A DNA stretch of 64,000 nt from Candidatus Falkowbacteria bacterium (GTDB lineage: Bacteria > Patescibacteriota > Patescibacteriia > Patescibacteriales > UBA12075), in the NCBI GenBank assembly GCA_003514005.1, contig DOSJ01000022.1:13804-77803 (forward strand). The letters are read 5' to 3'. The position numbers and the translations under genes were made by a program. This document shows, piece by piece, positions 56,976-64,000 of the stretch (position 1 is the stretch's first letter; every line of letters starts with the position of its first letter). Under the pieces are notes generated by a model. The model was not told the origin of the DNA, did no database searches, and worked only from the letters and a program-made list of their open reading frames with translations.

Positions 56976-58196
56976 TTAGAACTTTTCGAATTTGTCTTTG
57001 GATCTTACTTTCCCGCTAATGAGCGTATCCCAGGGAATGGATATGCCGAGCTGAAGCATTGCACCAAGGTACGCATATTCGGATTGACCGGAAGAAATAT
57101 TCTGATATTCCATCACGGAAAGAATATATTTTGTCACATTTCTTTCCAGTCTAACATAGTCAGCAGACACGTTTGTTTTCAGCATCTTCAGCATCTGCTC
57201 ACGATTGGCTGCGCCGAGCATACTCGGCAACCTGTCATCGGCAAGAATCTTTTTGATTTCCTGGGCATCATACGCCAGCGCACGGGCAACCGGAATTCCG
57301 GTACCAGCAAAAACGCGATTAATATTGTTAATCACTCCTTCGGCTGCGTCTCTCAAACCGGACGTATCCGGGGGTTGAAGCATACCCGGGGGCATACCAG
57401 AATTTCGACCGGACATCGCCATGGTAAACATCGTTGCCATCATTCCGGGGTTGGATGCACCGGACATCCATTGCTCCTGCCATCCTTTGACCAGGGTATT
57501 GAATGAAGAGATCGATTCCCAAAAACCGGATTCAAGTTTGTTCAGTAATTCGTCTTTCCGCTTTGCACTCATCCTGATCGTTCCTTCAATATCAAGAGCT
57601 TTTAAAATATCAGCATAGGCACGTTTGGAAATAATTTTCTGAATTTCATAATACGCGGGCGGACATGGTTCATCAAGGCCTTCGGCATATTTTTCCATGG
57701 CTTCAATTATTTTATCGGGTAGATCATACAGACCGACACGATTTGCCAAGGCCGCACGTGTTGCGGACATCACTTCGGTTTTTCCGATCTTAAGTTCTCC
57801 ACCCGTTTTTAACAGAACCAAAAAGCTGTCATCATCCGGAATCTGCGGAAGAACATCTGTCGCCACTCCGGTTCCAAAAGTTTCAGTTGGTGCAACAAGT
57901 GCCGAATCATTAATGGCCGGCTTCGGACCACGTAAAAGACTGACATTTTTCTTGAATACTGCACTCGGAATCTTGAGGAGGATGTCCATCTCCGCTTTAA
58001 TTTCTTCATCTGTGGCGGAGGCCGGGTCAGACAAAAGAGCAAGCGCGTCTTCGCTCGGTATGCCAACAACATTTGCAAGCGCGTTTACAATCACTTCTGT
58101 TGTCGCAGCTGTTTTTACAGAAAACTCTGCCATTCTTTTTTCCCATTCAATCTGCCATTCGGGCTTTTCTATTGGTGTTGCTGTTACATCTGCCAT
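56976..58196 (-). CDS. hypothetical protein (Ala/Gly/Met-rich)
   Basis: 406-aa ORF in the same transcription direction inside the kinase/vWA cluster. Confidence 0.3.
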   Translation of the reverse strand: MADVTATPIEKPEWQIEWEKRMAEFSVKTAATTEVIVNALANVVGIPSEDALALLSDPASATDEEIKAEMDILLKIPSAVFKKNVSLLRGPKPAINDSALVAPTETFGTGVATDVLPQIPDDDSFLVLLKTGGELKIGKTEVMSATRAALANRVGLYDLPDKIIEAMEKYAEGLDEPCPPAYYEIQKIISKRAYADILKALDIEGTIRMSAKRKDELLNKLESGFWESISSFNTLVKGWQEQWMSGASNPGMMATMFTMAMSGRNSGMPPGMLQPPDTSGLRDAAEGVINNINRVFAGTGIPVARALAYDAQEIKKILADDRLPSMLGAANREQMLKMLKTNVSADYVRLERNVTKYILSVMEYQNISSGQSEYAYLGAMLQLGISIPWDTLISGKVRSKDKFEKF

Positions 58197-58260
58197 GTTT
58201 TTTCTCCTTTTGTAGGGGTTTTATTTTTCAATGTCCAATTCTCAAAAAAAATCAAGAATC

Positions 58261-58300
58261 AGATTACACTAACTTAATTTTACGATTTTGTCAAGCTACA
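58261..58300 (-). promoter_or_regulatory. putative sigma70-like promoter with extended -35 CTTGACAAAAT
   Basis: Reverse complement reads CTTGACA-17nt-TAGTGT upstream of the 406-aa gene. The same CTTGACAAAAT motif recurs upstream of other minus-strand genes. Confidence 0.35.
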
Positions 58301-59684
58301 TCCAGACCTTGTCTTCATGGGTTGGCCCAAAAGATGCAATGCTGACGGGTATACTTGTTTTTTCTTCAATATAGGCTAAAAAACTTTTTACTTCCTTTTG
58401 TACTTTGCTTATTTTATTTATTTTACCATTTACAGTCCAGCCCTTAAATATTTTCCAGCTTGCTGGTCGGCACTGCTTAAGCAAATTTGCCAATACTTCG
58501 CCCCCCTCCTTTCCGATATGCTTGATTCTTGAAATAAGCACTTTTCCGTTTGTCTTTCTTTCAAAATCAAAATACTTTTCCAGATCATTTCTTTTTTCAC
58601 CGCAATATTCATAGGCAGTAACAATTTTCACCTGATTTAACCCTGATAATCGATCAACGCATGTAATAGCTAATGAATCAATTTTTCCAGATACTTCAAG
58701 CGCATATTTTGTAGTAACAAGATCAAACCAACCGATTCTAAATTTTCCTTGCCATTCATTACTGCTATTGTGCAAATCAGGAATTAAAGACGACAATCTT
58801 TTGTTCTCTGTAACAAACGGGCCATTGCCATGTCTAGTGGCATACGCTCGCAGAATACCTATTATTTTTGCTTGCGACAAACCGATTATTTCTTTTGCGT
58901 TTTGCGGAGTTGTACATGAATAAGTGTTGTATGGTGCAAAACCATATTTTTCATCAAGCAACACTCCCTGCGCTCCTTCAAAAATTACGGGACCTAGCGT
59001 ATCGCGCATAACATCTGCTGTTTTGCGAATATTCAAGCGATGATCAACAAACATTTTTTCATAAGCCGTTGCCAATAACTCAACATAATTTCTGGTGCTT
59101 AACTTATTAAAAATATTTGTAATTTTTTCATCTGCACCGTCAGCGATTAGCGGTTCAGCTTGGTCTATTTTATAGCGCCAAAGATAATCCAGTTTTTTTC
59201 TTAATTCATCGGGATAAAAAATATCCTGCAAAATAATTCCAACACCATTCCGTCCATCACGCACTGCTTCGCCAACACCCAATCCGCAACTGCCATGCCG
59301 ATTTTTTCCACGAGCAATTTCCCGCATCTGATTCATGTGTATTTGAAATGGAGTAATTAGCCGACAATTCGAATCAATGCTCAGCATGGAATATGGATCT
59401 TGAATGCTATTAGTTTCCAATACTTCTGCTTCCACCTCTAGATGCAATAGATTGATCAACATATGCGCGGAAAGGTGTGTATTCGCTCCGGCAAAAATTC
59501 CTGAACCGAATTGAGAACATTTATGATGCCGTCCTCCCGGCTCTACAATATTATGTACTGCTTGATTTGCTCCAGTATAGCGGATAACTGTTTCAGCTTT
59601 ATATTCACGGGCAAGAAAATCAACAATTGATCCCTTGCCCTGATCGCCAAGTCCTAGATCAACTGTAATGATATTCTCTGTCAT
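58296..59684 (-). CDS. adenylosuccinate synthetase (PurA) family paralog
   Basis: N-terminal GDQGKGSIVD (PurA GDEGKGKIVD) and RAYATRHGNGPFVTEN (PurA RAYTTRVGxGPFPTE). The NAGHT region diverges to NQAVHN. Confidence 0.75.
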   Translation of the reverse strand: MTENIITVDLGLGDQGKGSIVDFLAREYKAETVIRYTGANQAVHNIVEPGGRHHKCSQFGSGIFAGANTHLSAHMLINLLHLEVEAEVLETNSIQDPYSMLSIDSNCRLITPFQIHMNQMREIARGKNRHGSCGLGVGEAVRDGRNGVGIILQDIFYPDELRKKLDYLWRYKIDQAEPLIADGADEKITNIFNKLSTRNYVELLATAYEKMFVDHRLNIRKTADVMRDTLGPVIFEGAQGVLLDEKYGFAPYNTYSCTTPQNAKEIIGLSQAKIIGILRAYATRHGNGPFVTENKRLSSLIPDLHNSSNEWQGKFRIGWFDLVTTKYALEVSGKIDSLAITCVDRLSGLNQVKIVTAYEYCGEKRNDLEKYFDFERKTNGKVLISRIKHIGKEGGEVLANLLKQCRPASWKIFKGWTVNGKINKISKVQKEVKSFLAYIEEKTSIPVSIASFGPTHEDKVWM

Positions 59685-59714
59685 TATTCCTCCATTTTAT
59701 TGACTGTTAAACGT

Positions 59715-60626
59715 CTATTCTGTTAGATAGGCTTGGAAAAAATCCATTGCCATTCCAAATGCTTCTTTGTTAGCGCATATTCCATCACTTAGCATAAAAT
59801 TCTTATACCCAAACAATTCCATCAAATACACATCTTCAAGATCTGCCAGGGAAATGGAATCGGAATGCGTTAGTGATTCAAGCAATCTTGAAGCAACAAT
59901 TGCATTCGTGTCAATTTTGATAATTGTTTTTAACGCATCAATAATGTTTTTACTCTTTTGCATTTCAAGAACCAAATCATCTCGAGCCGCTACAATTGAT
60001 ACATCAAATCCATATTCAGCAAAATCAGGACTGCCAATAAAATTAATCCCAGGTAAAGATTCAATTTTAATATGCGCCTTGGCTTTTGGGTCTATATCAT
60101 ATACATCATCGATATCCTGACCGCACTCAACATAAGACAACATGTAATCATGGATTCCTAGTTTACGCGAAGCCTGGATGTACTCTTCATCAAGCCGGGT
60201 TAAATATTTCCCCTTTATTTTCAGATTATTCCCAATAACATTTGCCGCTTGTCCGGCACCTGTCGCATATTGCGGATTTGTTTGAGTAAAAACTTTACTT
60301 CCCTTGATTTCTGCAATGACCAAGGGGTTATTTTCTCCTCGCAACCAAAGCTGTGCCGGTAAATCTACTTCGATTTTACGATTCAGAACAATCGCACCGT
60401 GGAGTGGATTCGACCATCGATTAACGCGCAATTGCCGTCCTTTCAAATCTATATACAGCCTTTTACCATCCATAAGTCTTTGCAGTTGCTCTAGATTTTC
60501 AAAAGGACTGCAGGATGTTTTTCCATGCGACCCGGTATTGAAACGCGCTTCAGCAACCAAAGGATGCTTGGCAACATTATAACAATTTTCATTTACCGGA
60601 GGCGGGATCGTTGCAATAATTTTCAT
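59715..60626 (-). CDS. pyruvate-kinase-like TIM-barrel (PEP/pyruvate-binding) domain protein
   Basis: N-terminal KIIATIPPP resembles PK K(T)KIVCTIGP. IVAARDDLVLEM resembles PK MVARGDLGIE. Only barrel-sized (303 aa). Confidence 0.3.
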   Translation of the reverse strand: MKIIATIPPPVNENCYNVAKHPLVAEARFNTGSHGKTSCSPFENLEQLQRLMDGKRLYIDLKGRQLRVNRWSNPLHGAIVLNRKIEVDLPAQLWLRGENNPLVIAEIKGSKVFTQTNPQYATGAGQAANVIGNNLKIKGKYLTRLDEEYIQASRKLGIHDYMLSYVECGQDIDDVYDIDPKAKAHIKIESLPGINFIGSPDFAEYGFDVSIVAARDDLVLEMQKSKNIIDALKTIIKIDTNAIVASRLLESLTHSDSISLADLEDVYLMELFGYKNFMLSDGICANKEAFGMAMDFFQAYLTE

Positions 60627-60694
60627 GCCAATCTCCTTTTTTTGAAAAAAGGGAGAGGAAATTCTTACCTCCTCTCCCTTCTGAATTTTACCTT

Positions 60695-62176
60695 TTACTT
60701 CTTTTTCTTTTTGGGCAATTTTGCCGCATCCAATTTTACTGCTTTTGACCCGACCAAAGAAAGTCTTTCCAAGGCACCCCTCACTCCTGTGCGTCGAGCA
60801 TCAGACTGTTCACGGCTTTCAAGGTCTTTGTCATATTCATCAATTGTTCGTCGTTCTTCGGTAATTGCAATCGCGCCGAGCATTAGATCGCCAATCGCTT
60901 TAGGTTCTTTTGTAACCAGAATATTTTCTTCGGGCAAAACCGTCCGCCACTGGTCAAGTATCTTGTCGTCATTATAGGCCGCATAAGGATCGGATGGAAT
61001 TTCCACCTGTTTTTTTACCCGCGGATCATAATCAAAGTCAAAGCAAATCACATCACTTTCACGTCCGGTTGTATTTTTCGCTATTGTGCCTTCAAATTGT
61101 TGGTATTCACCATCAATTTCCAGCTCAACTTTAAAAGGAATTTCTCCTCTCTTGGTTTCCGGATCATGGTAGGCAAAATTACGAACAAATACCTGATATC
61201 GGCCTTTCTGCGCTTTGCCTTTTGGCCAACGAGTATTTTCCACAGCTTTCCTGGTTTGGCAACCACCAGCATTGGTATCAACATCCAATTCTCCGCCACA
61301 TCTTGAGCGTTTGCTGCTAAAATATATTTCTTCACCCGCTGGAGTAAACACATGAAGATCTAGGTCGTCACAAGTATCCCACATCAACGATGCCCGCACG
61401 CTAACACCGACAAACATTCCACCTCTTTCTTGCAGACGTTTTCTTATCTCGGCATCAATCCCTTCTTTTCTTTTTTTCGCATCTTTCAGGATGTAGATAA
61501 AGAAAACATGGTACTTTTCCTGAACCTCGGCAAAAATCTTTTCCGAAGGAATATCTTCTTTAACATCAACCCCATAAATCTGCTTGATTTCAGATTTTGT
61601 CACAACAGGATAAAAACCTTCGTCACCAAGAATGAATAAATATCCCTTTTTTCCTCGTGCATTGCAATCAAGATGTGAATAACGCGCATAACCAAACAAT
61701 GCCGTTGCGTATGACTCTACTCCGTTGCCACCACCGCCTTCTTCAATGTTTAATTCCGTCTTTAAATTTCGATCAATTTTGAGGTCTGATTCAAAATCTC
61801 CAATTTGTACAGGAAACCGATCATATTGATAATCACCAACACCGCATATGCTTACTTGTGGATCATCTGCATAATTCCTCATTACTATTTGACCAAACAG
61901 TAATGGTATTTTATCATATGCGTCCAAAACGTCTTCTCCACGTGTTAATGTCAGATCAGACATAATTACAATTGGCGTGATACGATCAGATACTCCTGGC
62001 ACTTCTCGACATTCCCAACCATTGCGCATAGCTTTTTTAGGATCAAGATGTTTACTTATTCGTTTTTCTTTCAAAATCTCTGGCTTAATATCTTTTGAAA
62101 AATTAAAATCACTCCGCGTTGATCTTGAATTTGGAACAACATCCCTATCAAAACCTCTTCCACTTGGTCCGCCCAT
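60695..62176 (-). CDS. vWA-like (DxTxT MIDAS variant) plus TerD-like domain fusion protein
   Basis: Central IVIMSDLTLTRGED MIDAS-like motif. C-terminal LMWDTCDDLDLHVF...EIYFSS...GGELDVDTNAGG parallels the TerD LGWD...DFDLDASAFLL...FIFYNN...GDNRTGEGDGDDE calcium-binding signature. Confidence 0.45.
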   Translation of the reverse strand: MGGPSGRGFDRDVVPNSRSTRSDFNFSKDIKPEILKEKRISKHLDPKKAMRNGWECREVPGVSDRITPIVIMSDLTLTRGEDVLDAYDKIPLLFGQIVMRNYADDPQVSICGVGDYQYDRFPVQIGDFESDLKIDRNLKTELNIEEGGGGNGVESYATALFGYARYSHLDCNARGKKGYLFILGDEGFYPVVTKSEIKQIYGVDVKEDIPSEKIFAEVQEKYHVFFIYILKDAKKRKEGIDAEIRKRLQERGGMFVGVSVRASLMWDTCDDLDLHVFTPAGEEIYFSSKRSRCGGELDVDTNAGGCQTRKAVENTRWPKGKAQKGRYQVFVRNFAYHDPETKRGEIPFKVELEIDGEYQQFEGTIAKNTTGRESDVICFDFDYDPRVKKQVEIPSDPYAAYNDDKILDQWRTVLPEENILVTKEPKAIGDLMLGAIAITEERRTIDEYDKDLESREQSDARRTGVRGALERLSLVGSKAVKLDAAKLPKKKKK

Positions 62177-62178
62177 AA

Positions 62179-62295
62179 TTATTCTCCTTCCTCTTTTTTA
62201 ATTTCCTGGTTTAATTCTTTTGTCACTTCTTCCGTTAATATTTCAATTAATGTTTCAATTACATCTCTTGAATACTCATCTGGTGGTTGGCCCAT
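62179..62295 (-). CDS. small acidic ORF (38 aa) translationally coupled to the vWA-TerD gene
   Basis: MGQPPDEYSRDVIETLIEILTEEVTKELNQEIKKEEGE. Its GGAGAATAATTATG end supplies the RBS and overlapping start of the downstream gene. Confidence 0.25.
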   Translation of the reverse strand: MGQPPDEYSRDVIETLIEILTEEVTKELNQEIKKEEGE

Positions 62296-62334
62296 AACAC
62301 ACTCCTTTGTTTATATAATTTCTTTATATCAGCG

Positions 62335-63516
62335 TTATTTATTATACATAGAAAACTTTAAAAACTTTCTTTTCCCCCAAAGATCTTCGACAAGCTCAAT
62401 TAATTCACCATGAGTTTTCCAGGCATCACTGACTCTTTGCCACTTACTTTCCATAACAAATGCCTTGAGAAAGTTTTGTATTCTTGGGTCAACACTATCC
62501 GGCATTTCATTTGTTTCCGGATTACCACCCAAAATGTAAATCATTAACTTGCCGATTGCAAACAAATCTGATGACGGCAATATTTTATCACCGGTTTTTA
62601 GTTCCGATGGATAAAAATATTCGTCTTTATCGCCAACAAACTCTAACCCCGAATTAACATGCGCATTCAATATCGCTTGATCCCAATTTGTAAAAACCAG
62701 ATTATGATCACGCGGTCGAATTATAACATTTTGCGGATTCAGATTCCGGTGGATAGTATTTCGTGAATGGGCGTAACCAATCCCGCTTAAGGCTCGATTA
62801 AGCATCCAAACCATATGCTTTTCCGGAATGCCGTTTTTCCACTTCTCTGAATCTTTCACTTCTTCAAGACTATAAAAATCCGCATGGTATTCCATAACCA
62901 AGCCCAGCCTTCCGTCCGACATCTTAAATGTCTTATTTTCAGGCGGGTAATGCTTTACTTGGCTTTTCTGTTCCTCGGACAATATTCGCAATACTCTGAT
63001 TTCATTTTCAAGATAACGATTGTTTTCTTTTTTGCTGGCAATTTTCGCAATAACTTTTTTACCATATTTACCATTTATCAGAATGCTTCCCGCGTAAACC
63101 TCAGCTGTTTCTGTATCCAGTAAATATTTTCTCAGTTCGATTTCATCGCCACCAATATTAATACGAAAATCCGAACTTAAATCAGATCCATAATCTCCGG
63201 TTTCGATTCTTTCAATTCCTTCATTAAATAATCGATAAAGCATTTGTATTGCCTCTTCGCTGTATACATCGGAATATTTACCGGAAAAAATACTTGGATC
63301 ACATTTTCTCTTCCATTCTTTTAATACTCGCGACAAAGCCTCCTTTTCTTCGGCGCTTGTTTCGGCAACTCGTTCACCATCATCATCGTCATTGATAAAT
63401 AATTTTTTGCCAAAGACATCTTCTGGAAAAACCGCACTTGCAATAAGTCTATGTATTTCCAGCAGCTTAGGCTCAACATCAATCATTTCCATTTTCTTCT
63501 CCTTTATATTATTCAA
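62335..63516 (-). CDS. protein-kinase-like protein, probable pseudokinase
   Basis: Catalytic loop HRNLNPQN (HRD Asp replaced by Asn), DFG replaced by TNWDQA. VAIK-like VIAKIASK present. Confidence 0.5.
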   Translation of the reverse strand: MNNIKEKKMEMIDVEPKLLEIHRLIASAVFPEDVFGKKLFINDDDDGERVAETSAEEKEALSRVLKEWKRKCDPSIFSGKYSDVYSEEAIQMLYRLFNEGIERIETGDYGSDLSSDFRINIGGDEIELRKYLLDTETAEVYAGSILINGKYGKKVIAKIASKKENNRYLENEIRVLRILSEEQKSQVKHYPPENKTFKMSDGRLGLVMEYHADFYSLEEVKDSEKWKNGIPEKHMVWMLNRALSGIGYAHSRNTIHRNLNPQNVIIRPRDHNLVFTNWDQAILNAHVNSGLEFVGDKDEYFYPSELKTGDKILPSSDLFAIGKLMIYILGGNPETNEMPDSVDPRIQNFLKAFVMESKWQRVSDAWKTHGELIELVEDLWGKRKFLKFSMYNK

Positions 63517-63685
63517 TTGTAAAGATCAATTAAATTTTTACAATCTGTATTTATTTATATAAACACAAAATAATAAAAATTTTCCTATTTTAATTTCAAA
63601 AATTAGCAGAATTTAATACAAATGTCAAGTTTCGACATAATTTCTTTATTTGTGTAAAAACAACACTATCAAAACCCAAAAATTT

Positions 63686-64000
63686 TTACAATATCTCCAC
63701 ATTCACAACCCCTTCATGCTTCGCCGTACAAACGTTTGCCGGACGATGCGCCTGCCCTGTTGTCTTTTTGTCCAATTTTTTTACCAAATCCAGCGCCAAA
63801 ATCTTTTTTTGAAAATTTCTTTTATCAAGCTTTTCACCGCGAATTATTTCATAGGCTGTTTGCAGTTCATTCATGGTAAACTCTTTGCTCAGCAATTGGA
63901 AAACAATATTCGTATATTCAAGTTTGGCTGACAGGCGGCTAACCGCGGTTTTTACGATTTTCTCATGGTCATAGGCCAAAACCGGCAAATCTTTTACATC
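63686..64000 (-). CDS. NrtR-like (Nudix-related) transcriptional regulator, C-terminal part; N-terminus beyond window
   Basis: C-terminal wHTH-like segment FTMNELQTAYEIIRGEKLDKRNFQKKI resembles the NrtR DNA-binding domain. Confidence 0.4.
   Translation of the reverse strand, partial: DVKDLPVLAYDHEKIVKTAVSRLSAKLEYTNIVFQLLSKEFTMNELQTAYEIIRGEKLDKRNFQKKILALDLVKKLDKKTTGQAHRPANVCTAKHEGVVNVEIL

Noticed and set aside
56970-58215. Plus-strand ORFs 56970..57506 and 57697..58215 (178 and 172 aa)
   Set aside because: They are antisense to the 406-aa minus-strand gene that sits in an operon-like series, and their Arg/His- or Ser/Ala-rich translations have no motifs.
53711-63516. Calling the kinase/vWA cluster a canonical TerY-P defence system
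   Set aside because: No PP2C phosphatase gene (GxFDGHGG-type motifs) was found among the eight genes. Extra metabolic enzymes are present, so it does not fit the described three-gene TerY-P architecture.
1-64000. CRISPR arrays
   Set aside because: No run of regularly spaced identical 25-40-bp repeats was seen. The repeats present are palindromic elements, heptad arrays or paired about 110-bp copies, not repeat-spacer arrays.

Overview
AT-rich window (about 35% GC overall, with a few GC-rich patches), densely coding, mostly on the minus strand. This is bacterial chromosome from a low-GC anaerobe, possibly CPR-like, under the standard genetic code. Housekeeping and oxidative-stress genes: trxA, Fpg/MutM, rubrerythrin, desulfoferrodoxin, tRNA-Trp, and a short rpmG (L33) missing from the ORF track. 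A metal-homeostasis block holds a ZIP transporter, an ArsP-like permease, thioredoxin-like proteins, CcdA, two CsoR paralogs, an HMA permease and a CopA P-type ATPase. There are two ABC systems: a NatAB-like pair and a MarR-MFP-FtsX-ABC efflux cassette. Mobile or defence-type modules comprise an AbiEi/AbiEii toxin-antitoxin pair, a Bro-N-Fic fusion, a GIY-YIG gene next to a tandem tRNA-Trp and degenerate tRNA copy, and a four-gene operon: C5 DNA methyltransferase, ParB-like protein, SNF2 ATPase, DUF3883 (PD-(D/E)xK-like) protein. The downstream 22 kb is an NAD/ADP-ribose-centred block (NadE, NadK, NAMPT-like PRTase, nicotinamidase-like, two NMNAT-type cytidylyltransferases, ADP-ribosylglycohydrolase, Nudix proteins, NrtR-like regulator). 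It runs into a Ter-like signalling cluster: an active Ser/Thr kinase fused to an NMNAT-like domain, a TerY-like vWA protein, a vWA plus TerD-like fusion, a probable pseudokinase, a PurA paralog and a pyruvate-kinase-like barrel, with no PP2C phosphatase. The two best candidates for undescribed systems are the MTase/ParB/SNF2/DUF3883 operon (4.3-10.3 kb) and the kinase/vWA/TerD/PurA-like cluster (53.7-63.5 kb). Several intergenic repeat families were also seen: GTCATT...ATGAC palindromic elements (3 copies), two about 110-bp direct repeats each carrying two hairpins, and GTAGGCT and TTAGGG-like short repeats.
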